Shown piece after piece: positions 57,232 through 64,000 of a stretch of 64,000 bases of DNA. The translations under genes were made by a program, and so were the position numbers. A model generated the notes under the pieces. That model worked only from the letters and a program-made list of their open reading frames with translations. It searched no databases and was not told the origin of the DNA. Source of the stretch: Candidatus Nanohaloarchaea archaeon. Its GTDB lineage: Archaea > Nanohalarchaeota > Nanosalinia > Nanosalinales > Nanosalinaceae. Every line of letters begins with the position of its first letter. Within the stretch, counting starts at the first letter, position 1. Where the stretch lies: contig CP046106.1 in the NCBI GenBank assembly GCA_013343275.1, forward strand, positions 192,001 through 256,000. The letters are read 5' to 3'.

Positions 57232-58401
57232 AACATTTCTCACCCCTTCTACCGGTCCCTGCCCATGATCGCTGTATTCGGTGCCTGTGGCTTCAAGTGC
57301 TTCCTCAGCGGAATCGATTAACTGGATCTCACCGGTTCCGTCTTTATGGAACTGATAACCCATTGCATCGCTGACCTCATCACCGTAGTTAATGGCCTCT
57401 GGGCTGTATCTTTCTGGGTTAAATCCGGCATCGGAAAGCCTGTCTGCGACATCCCATGCTGACTGATGGTTGGCATCGAACTCTACGCCAACCCAGCGAA
57501 TGCTGTCGTCTTCAAGGGCCTGTTCAATGCTGTAGGCCTCGTCCTCCTCGCTTTCTTCAACCTGCTTTTCTGGGTCAAGTGCCGACATGACATCGTCAAG
57601 CGAATGTTCTCCTCCGTGGAGGATGCGGAAGCTGGCCATCTCACCGGTTTCATCGTCGTAGGTCTTCTGCTCAACTCGGTAACCCGTATCGGTAGAGCCT
57701 CCGGAACCCACTTCAAACTCTCTGGCCACACGCTCATCACGCTCCTCGTTTAAACTGGAGTGCACGTGATCCACTAGGCCTATATTCTCGTCAGTTACGT
57801 AGACCTCTCTGGAGTTCTCACCGGTGTACTCAAAGTTGCCGTCAGGATAAACCATAGGAACAACTGTCTCACGGCCTTCTCCAGCGAATACCTCAGGGTA
57901 CTTGTTCAGGCTGACTCCTTCAGGTACTGCTCCCTTCTTTTCATGGCCGTGCTGAGTCTTCGCATGAACAGAGGAGACAGGATGGGTAACATACCTGTCG
58001 GCGTCGGACTGTCTAGCTGTTTCAACCCTCTGATCCACGAGGTCCTGGTAGAAAGGTGCGCCATCCATTTCCTGAAACTCTGGATCCAGAACAATCCCTC
58101 CGAACTCGGCCTCATGGCCATCACGGTGATACTTTACAGATCCTGTACCGACAACAGTATCCTCCGGTATTTCTTCGCCTTCAACTTCTTGGCCTCCCGC
58201 TACTTCAACTACAAAGTTATCGCTGCCTTCTCCAGGGATTACTTCTTCCTCAACCATTTCAGGGTCTGTGAAGGCCACGAAAGGATAGTCCTCGTAGACT
58301 GCGTTGTAAGCTCCTGCTATGCCTTCGGCATCGAGTTCCTGTTCTCGGGCAGGTCTTACTTTGTACTCTACTGATTTCTGTTCTTGCTCCAAGTAGGCCA
58401 C
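57220..58401 (-). CDS. GNAT-fold acetyltransferase-like protein
   Basis: Y..VY..YP, VVGTGS, AEFGGIVLDPEFQ..G (V.P..RG.G-like), H..TQ; second degenerate domain. Confidence 0.65.
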   Translation of the reverse strand: MAYLEQEQKSVEYKVRPAREQELDAEGIAGAYNAVYEDYPFVAFTDPEMVEEEVIPGEGSDNFVVEVAGGQEVEGEEIPEDTVVGTGSVKYHRDGHEAEFGGIVLDPEFQEMDGAPFYQDLVDQRVETARQSDADRYVTHPVSSVHAKTQHGHEKKGAVPEGVSLNKYPEVFAGEGRETVVPMVYPDGNFEYTGENSREVYVTDENIGLVDHVHSSLNEERDERVAREFEVGSGGSTDTGYRVEQKTYDDETGEMASFRILHGGEHSLDDVMSALDPEKQVEESEEDEAYSIEQALEDDSIRWVGVEFDANHQSAWDVADRLSDAGFNPERYSPEAINYGDEVSDAMGYQFHKDGTGEIQLIDSAEEALEATGTEYSDHGQGPVEGVRNVSVS

Positions 58402-58478
58402 CTATAGCTGCTGTTTTCTTGCTGATTTTTGCCTGTTTGTGCGTTGCGTCGTGTTGTAATGATGTGTTGTAGTGTCAT
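58368..58478 (-). CDS. Connector uORF MTLQHIITTRRNAQTGKNQQENSSYRWPTWSKNRNQ
   Basis: Strong SD GAGGTGA (58491-58485); overlaps the GNAT GTG start out of frame. Confidence 0.5.
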   Translation of the reverse strand: MTLQHIITTRRNAQTGKNQQENSSYRWPTWSKNRNQ

Positions 58479-58631
58479 TGAATTTCACCTCAAAAAGCAG
58501 AATGAGACTGTAGAGGTCTTTAGCTCTACAGAATCAGGATAATCAGCAGGATAATAGAAATACCGGGTGCTAGCTGATCAAGATCTGAAACAGAATTAAA
58601 GCTTTGAGAGTCAAGGCTAGAGGTGAAGCTA

Positions 58632-58709
58632 TTACTTAGTCTGTAGAACGCGGCCACCCTTCTCGAGCTGGCCTTCAATAAAGCGTCCACCCGTGATTGC
58701 CTTGGACAT
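58632..58709 (-). CDS. Putative leader peptide MSKAITGGRFIEGQLEKGGRVLQTK
   Basis: TATA box TTTTATAAAA about 26 nt upstream (leaderless spacing); two GGR motifs; TAA TAG double stop. Confidence 0.55.
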   Translation of the reverse strand: MSKAITGGRFIEGQLEKGGRVLQTK

Positions 58710-58854
58710 ACCTCCAGTTAGGTGATTACTTTTTATAAAAATTCTGCTTAACAGGCCGTTGTGGAGGAGTTCCACATACCTATTTAAAGATAAGAGAGGA
58801 ATCTTTGCTTAGTAAGTTTTAATCCGTGAAAGTTTTTCTCGGGGATGATTTATA

Positions 58855-59505
58855 ATGGAAAATAACCAGGTTCAGACGAAACAGGACATGGACGAATTCA
58901 AAACAGGCACGACTACAGTAGGCCTAACAACCGATAAAGGAGTTATTCTGGCAGCTGACCGGAGAGCCTCAATGGGAAGGCTTACAGCTTCAAAGTACGC
59001 CAAGAAGGTGTACAAGCTGGATGATCAGATAGGCCTTACAATCGCTGGCAGCGTCGGCGATGCACAGAAGATTATCAGGATGATGAGAAGCCAGCTCAAC
59101 CTGCACAAGCTGGAGACCAAGGAACTATCGGTCAAAGGAGCAGGAACACTACTATCTAACATACTACACGGCCACAAAGCCATGCCGTTCTTCAACCAGT
59201 TCATCATGGGCGGAATCGAAGACGGCGAAGGAGTACTCTACGACCTGGATCCTGCAGGAGGCCTGATGAAGCACGAGAAGTTCACGGCCACAGGATCAGG
59301 AAGCCAGATGGCTTACGGAGTACTTGAGGACAAGTTCGAGCAGGAACTTGACCACGAAGAGGGAAGAAAACTTGCAACACGAGCAGTACAGGCTGCCATG
59401 GAAAGAGACACGGCCTCCGGAAACGGAATTATGGTAGCTGAAATCACTGAAGACGATGGCTACCGTGTGCTCGATGAGAAAGAAGTAGAGAGCGTTCTCA
59501 AGTAA
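58855..59505 (+). CDS. psmB: Proteasome beta subunit
   Basis: Propeptide, KTG|TTTVG, AGSVGDAQ, ATGSGS, RD.ASG. Confidence 0.95.
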   Translation: MENNQVQTKQDMDEFKTGTTTVGLTTDKGVILAADRRASMGRLTASKYAKKVYKLDDQIGLTIAGSVGDAQKIIRMMRSQLNLHKLETKELSVKGAGTLLSNILHGHKAMPFFNQFIMGGIEDGEGVLYDLDPAGGLMKHEKFTATGSGSQMAYGVLEDKFEQELDHEEGRKLATRAVQAAMERDTASGNGIMVAEITEDDGYRVLDEKEVESVLK

Positions 59506-59596
59506 AGGTTTTCTCTCCTCTTCTCTTACTTACTTTATTTTACTTCAGGGTTTCGTACATAGCAAAAATTTATACAGAGTATTTTAACAACAAGGA

Positions 59597-61489
59597 TTGA
59601 TTGACAAAATGGAAGAATTAGAAGACGTAAAAGATCTTTTGCCTCCAGAGGCAAACGTAGACGACATAAAGTTCGAAGCATCAGACATAGTGGTATACAC
59701 AAACAGCAAGGATTTTTTCCTTGACCACTCAGATGTTATTCAGGACATAGTATCACAACTCAAGAAAAGAGTGGAAGTAAGGCCTTCATCAAAGCTTTTC
59801 AACAAGCCTGAAACCGCTGAAGAGAAACTCAAAGAAATAGTTGAAGAAAGAGAAGAAGCAGAGATCGACAATGTTATCTTCCAGCCTTCTCTCGGAAAAA
59901 TGATAATCAGGACACCAAAGCCTGGAGCAATTATAGGTAAGAAAGGCTCAGGCCTACAGGAAATCAAGGAGGCAACTCTGTGGGCTCCGCAGGTGGAAAG
60001 AGTGCCATCTATCAGCTCGAAGGTAGTTGATAGAGCCAGAGAGCTGACTGTAGAGGATCCAGAGTTCAGGAAAGACTTTCTGCATGAAGTTGGGCAGAAG
60101 ATCCGCCTTGACAAATCTGTCGGCGATGAATGGATACGTACCTCCGCTCTAGGAGGGTTCCGGCAGGTAGGAAGAAGCTGTGTGCTTCTGCAGACCGAGG
60201 AATCTAACGTACTGATGGATGCAGGAATCGACCCTTCCGCAGAGTCAGGCACGAAGGACAACTATCCTTTCCTCAACGCGCCTGAACTTGATCTTCAGAA
60301 CCTTGACGCAGTAGTTCTCAGCCACGCACACATGGACCACGTAGGAATGATCCCATATCTATACAAGATGGGATACGACGGGCCTCTGTACTGCACCAAG
60401 CCTACAAGAGACCTGATGATCATGCTGTGCCTAGACTACATAGGCCTGGCACACAGCGAGCGAGCAAAAGCCCCTTACGACTCCTCAGACATCAAAAAGG
60501 CAGTTAAAAGAACAATCACACCGGATTATGGAGAAGTTACCGATATCACCCCTGATATGAGGCTTACGCTGAAGAACTCAGGCCACATTATCGGATCAGC
60601 TCTCTGCCACATCCACGTGGGTGAAGGCCTGCATAATCTGCTTTACACTGGAGACTACAACTACGATCAGACTGAGATGTTGAGTCCTGCAGATACTAAC
60701 TTCCAGCGTGTTGAGACCATGATTACGGAGTCTACTTACGGAGGCCGTGATGATAAACAGACGCCGAGAGATGAGGCGAACAAGAAGTTCCTCTCCCGGG
60801 TAAAGCAGACTCTGAATAAGGGGGGCAAGGTTATCGTACCTGTCTTCGCCGTAGGACGTTCGCAGGAGGTTCTAGGTCTCTTGGCTGACGAGATGAAGAG
60901 AGACTACTTTGACTACAATGTCTACATTGATGGCATGATTAACGATGTGAACGCTCTCCACACAGCCTATCCAGAGTTCCTCTCGGAGAAGGTACAGAAC
61001 AAGGTCCTGGATGAGGAATCGCCGTTCCTTATGGACAATATCAAGACTATCGGAAGCCATCAGGAGAGAAAGGAAGTGTATGAAGACGATTCCTGTATAA
61101 TTCTGACAACTTCAGGATCTATCACAGGCGGACCGGTAATGTCCTACCTTCAGGAAGAGGCCGAAGCTCCAGAAAACACTCTGATCTTCGTAGGTTACCA
61201 GTTCGAGGGATCGCTTGGACGTAAGATCCAGTCCGGAGCAGACAGGGTTGAGATTAACGGAGAGAAAGTTGATGTCAACCTTGATACCTACACGGTTTCA
61301 GGTTTCTCTGCACACAGTGACCGGCAGCAGATCATCAACTTCTCCAAGAACCTGAGAAGCACACCTAACAAGATCCTGACTAACCACGGCGAGGAATCAA
61401 AATGCTTCTCACTCGCCAGCTCCCTGCACAAGATCCTGAACATCGACACGTCAGCACCTCAGAACCTGGAGACAATCCGACTTAACTAA
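59597..61489 (+). CDS. Beta-CASP ribonuclease aCPSF1 (FttA)
   Basis: KH domains, LGGFRQVGRS, SHAHMDH, ESTYG, FSAHSD, HGE; follows psmB. Confidence 0.95.
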   Translation: MIDKMEELEDVKDLLPPEANVDDIKFEASDIVVYTNSKDFFLDHSDVIQDIVSQLKKRVEVRPSSKLFNKPETAEEKLKEIVEEREEAEIDNVIFQPSLGKMIIRTPKPGAIIGKKGSGLQEIKEATLWAPQVERVPSISSKVVDRARELTVEDPEFRKDFLHEVGQKIRLDKSVGDEWIRTSALGGFRQVGRSCVLLQTEESNVLMDAGIDPSAESGTKDNYPFLNAPELDLQNLDAVVLSHAHMDHVGMIPYLYKMGYDGPLYCTKPTRDLMIMLCLDYIGLAHSERAKAPYDSSDIKKAVKRTITPDYGEVTDITPDMRLTLKNSGHIIGSALCHIHVGEGLHNLLYTGDYNYDQTEMLSPADTNFQRVETMITESTYGGRDDKQTPRDEANKKFLSRVKQTLNKGGKVIVPVFAVGRSQEVLGLLADEMKRDYFDYNVYIDGMINDVNALHTAYPEFLSEKVQNKVLDEESPFLMDNIKTIGSHQERKEVYEDDSCIILTTSGSITGGPVMSYLQEEAEAPENTLIFVGYQFEGSLGRKIQSGADRVEINGEKVDVNLDTYTVSGFSAHSDRQQIINFSKNLRSTPNKILTNHGEESKCFSLASSLHKILNIDTSAPQNLETIRLN

Positions 61490-61545
61490 ATCTGGGTAGA
61501 AGGCCGTAAAAAGGTTTAAATCGGCCGCTCCCACATACTTTTTCT

Positions 61546-61815
61546 ATGGTTTGGGAAGTTAAATGCGATAACTGTGGAGAGATAATTAACTGGGGCGGCA
61601 GCGAGCCCTCGGAATACGGGCCTGGAGAGCCGGAGGACATGAAGCTTGGAGATGAGGCCATCAAGTTCGATGGAAATACTTACTGCAAGGCCTGTGTCAA
61701 GAAGTTTGTCAAGTTCGGCGTAGGAGATGTAGAAGATCGGGTTGACTACCTGGAAGATAGAATGAAAGAAGTTATGCAGGCTGTGGGCATGGAGAAAAGC
61801 ATTAACCCTGAGTAG
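61546..61815 (+). CDS. Small zinc-binding protein
   Basis: CDNC and CKAC. Confidence 0.6.
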   Translation: MVWEVKCDNCGEIINWGGSEPSEYGPGEPEDMKLGDEAIKFDGNTYCKACVKKFVKFGVGDVEDRVDYLEDRMKEVMQAVGMEKSINPE

Positions 61816-61998
61816 CTATTTTTCGCTTATTCTTTCTCTAATCTCTTCTTCCTCGTAAGCAATATTGGGTTCAGCTACGTCCGTTTCTCGCTGGAGATCG
61901 TGTTCTCTTTTCATGTGCTGCTTGGCCAGCTGGACAAGGTCGTCTTCGTTTTCGTCCTCGAACTCCATGCCGCATATATCACAGGTAAACTGCTTCAT
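61816..61998 (-). CDS. Small C2H2/DUF1059-like metal-binding protein
   Basis: CDICG..FE.E.ED.L....QH...EH. Confidence 0.6.
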   Translation of the reverse strand: MKQFTCDICGMEFEDENEDDLVQLAKQHMKREHDLQRETDVAEPNIAYEEEEIRERISEK

Positions 61999-62052
61999 CA
62001 GAAGTTACACCGACACTATTTATCGTCTCAACTAACTAAAAACTTGCGAAAC

Positions 62053-62820
62053 TCAATCCTGGAGAACTCTCTGAGCATCGTTCTCCTCCAAGGTATTGTT
62101 CATCTTCAGAAGTACTCTGTTCTCCGGCAGGAACGGTGGTGGAAGAAATCTAAGCCCGAGGAGACCGGCCTCAGTCATAAAGACAGGGAAGGGAACCAGG
62201 TGGCAGCTGTAACCTTCATCCCTGTAGATATCTTTCGCTAACTCTCCCAGTGATATCTCTTCGTCTCCTGCCACTTCTAGGACTTCTCCACTGTAGTTAT
62301 CCAGACAGCGGTATAGTATTTCGATCAGAGAGTCTTTTTCGATAGGCTGCATCTGCGTAGGTATATCCGGGAACACTCGCGTGAAAGAGATATTGCGGAT
62401 AGACTCCAGTAGACGGTTGCCTTCGCCAAGAACAGTTGAAGGCCTGACAATAGTATAGTCCACACCAGATTCCTGTATGATCTCCTCTGCTCTCTCCTTT
62501 GTGTTGAAGTAGCTGTGGTCTATCTTACCTACACCCAGAGCACTTAGATAAACTATCTTTTCAGTGTCTACACCTTTAACCAAGTGTTCTGTACCTCTAA
62601 CGTGCGTGTTGTAGTACTCTTTCTCACCGTAGAATCCGGGAGCCAGTCCTATAGTATGATAGACTACATCAAAGCTCTTGTCGATCCCAAACTCCTTTCT
62701 GATATCTATATGGTAATCTCCTCTAGTCCTGTCGAGATACTCTACGCTGTGGCCTTCGCTGGAAAGTCTCTTCCCTATATTTTTACCGATAAATCCCTTG
62801 CCAGCTACTAAAACATCCAT
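62053..62820 (-). CDS. NAD-dependent epimerase/SDR family protein
   Basis: VAGKGFIG, YLSALG, Y..TK..AE, RPS. Confidence 0.85.
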   Translation of the reverse strand: MDVLVAGKGFIGKNIGKRLSSEGHSVEYLDRTRGDYHIDIRKEFGIDKSFDVVYHTIGLAPGFYGEKEYYNTHVRGTEHLVKGVDTEKIVYLSALGVGKIDHSYFNTKERAEEIIQESGVDYTIVRPSTVLGEGNRLLESIRNISFTRVFPDIPTQMQPIEKDSLIEILYRCLDNYSGEVLEVAGDEEISLGELAKDIYRDEGYSCHLVPFPVFMTEAGLLGLRFLPPPFLPENRVLLKMNNTLEENDAQRVLQD

Positions 62821-62897
62821 GAAATAACTTTCATGGCTTCCTAATTAATAAGTCCACTTGCTCTACAGTTTTTAACACGGATAACTAAACAATAGGT

Positions 62898-63389
62898 ATG
62901 GACCTCGACAACTCGGCCCTGGCATACCAAGTATTCCGATACACTTTTCTAGACGATAAAAGCTACAGCGTGCAGATGGAGCTAAAGCACGGAATAGAGG
63001 ACGAGAAAGCTGAACAGATTATACTACAGGCCTCGGAAGAAGGTCTACTCGATGTAGTAGAAGGTAGCGATCCCGAGGAGTACACTGTAGACTTCGATGC
63101 GCTTGTGGAGAAGTTCTACGAATACTGGGAGGAAGAAGTAGAGGAGTTGAATACGCCGGTAGCATTCGACGACTTCCTGAAAGGTTACATGAAGGCCTAC
63201 TTCAGAAACGAGGAGAACTCCTCAATCAACGAGATGCTTGTAGAGAAGCTTTATCTTGGTCTGGGCAACATGGAGTCATCAACAGGCCTGCCAAGAGGGC
63301 TTGATGAAATGCTGAACGAACTAAGCGAGAGGTATGAAGGCCCTAAAAAGTTCAGAGATTACGTACAGAAAGGTCTAGACAATTCATAG
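62898..63389 (+). CDS. Hypothetical acidic protein (possible wHTH)
   Basis: 163 aa with host-like composition. Confidence 0.55.
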   Translation: MDLDNSALAYQVFRYTFLDDKSYSVQMELKHGIEDEKAEQIILQASEEGLLDVVEGSDPEEYTVDFDALVEKFYEYWEEEVEELNTPVAFDDFLKGYMKAYFRNEENSSINEMLVEKLYLGLGNMESSTGLPRGLDEMLNELSERYEGPKKFRDYVQKGLDNS

Positions 63390-63398
63390 GTGGCTTAA

Positions 63399-63722
63399 GT
63401 GACCGGCTCTCTTTTCGACACGGATTTCAAGGTAGGTACAGTGGAAAAAGCAGAGGACTTCTCAGAGGCTGAGAAACCTGAGATGGCCAAGCTCTGGATA
63501 GATCTCGGTGACGAAAAGGTCCAGAGTGCAGCCCAGACAGGCTACAATTATGGGCCAGAAGATCTGGAAGGCCGACAGGTAATATGTGCCACTAATCTCG
63601 GTAATGTAAGGATTGCAGGTTTCAAGTCGGAGGTACTTACAGTTGGAGTGCCTGACAGTGACGGAAACCCGGTGCTTGTAGGCCCTGACAGCAAGGTTCC
63701 TGAAGGCGGCAACCTCTACTGA
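63399..63722 (+). CDS. CsaA/Trbp111-like OB-fold tRNA-binding protein
   Basis: KVGTV..AE.F.EA.KP, SAAQ..NY, IAGFKSEVL. Confidence 0.85.
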   Translation: MTGSLFDTDFKVGTVEKAEDFSEAEKPEMAKLWIDLGDEKVQSAAQTGYNYGPEDLEGRQVICATNLGNVRIAGFKSEVLTVGVPDSDGNPVLVGPDSKVPEGGNLY

Positions 63723-63759
63723 ATCATTTATTTAGATTTTTACATACGGAATACTTATT

Positions 63760-64000
63760 GTGAAAGCAGAGGAAATAGAGACAAGAATAGATGAAGTAGG
63801 AAATGAATGGAGAGGCCTCTACTCGCTTTTCGAGGACAAAGGAGATAAGGCAGTTGATATCCTCTACCATGCAGATCCTGAGGACTACAACCTTCCGTTG
63901 CCTGGAGAAGTTTACCAGGAAGTAGATGAAGACGGCCTTCTGCCTTCAGGAATTCCAGAGGGAGATTTCGAGAGTATTGTCAACTTTCTTTCCCGTGCGG
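63760..64000 (+). CDS. Partial hypothetical protein running off the window end
   Basis: GTG-initiated acidic open frame with no stop before 64000. Confidence 0.45.
   Translation, partial: MKAEEIETRIDEVGNEWRGLYSLFEDKGDKAVDILYHADPEDYNLPLPGEVYQEVDEDGLLPSGIPEGDFESIVNFLSRA

Noticed and set aside
1-64000. CRISPR array, transposase, integrase, prophage genes or a second VR
   Set aside because: None recognised by eye in this window; remote VRs elsewhere in the genome remain possible.
1-64000. Numerous Ser/Leu/Phe-rich short ORFs in the six-frame track
   Set aside because: They are antisense or alternate-frame shadows of Glu/Asp/Lys-rich real genes.

Overview
Archaeal chromosomal window. The acidic proteome, compact gene packing and DPANN-style surface proteins suggest a nanohaloarchaeon (inference). 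The housekeeping backbone includes cdc6/orc1, SRP RNA, hef, rplX-pfdA-ftsY, srp54, pus10-rpl21e-rpoF-DUF655-ksgA, pyrG, proS, psmB, aCPSF1 and tRNA-Cys. Three things stand out. (1) A complete diversity-generating retroelement (15.3-18.7 kb) has its variable repeat at the C-terminus of a class III signal-peptide (pilin-like) protein with an FGE/CLec-type domain. All 17 VR/TR mismatches fall at TR adenines. It carries two four-helix-bundle accessory genes and a (CA)7 tract in the signal-peptide coding region, and a prepilin peptidase and an archaeosortase lie next to it. (2) A second, bacterial-type prolyl-tRNA synthetase has no proline in 408 aa. It is preceded by three tiny unannotated upstream ORFs, two of which share a GGYVP motif. 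A similar GG-motif leader cascade, with an anti-SD/SD pair, precedes a GNAT gene at 57-58.7 kb. Together these suggest an undescribed amino-acid-sensing leader-peptide system. (3) The SRP RNA lacks helix 6 and has a non-GNRA helix 8 loop. Also noted: a roughly 10 kb cluster of giant Cys/Asp-rich secreted proteins, a frameshifted DEAD-box helicase, and strong over-representation of AGGCCT. All calls come from motif recognition by eye; no database searches were run.
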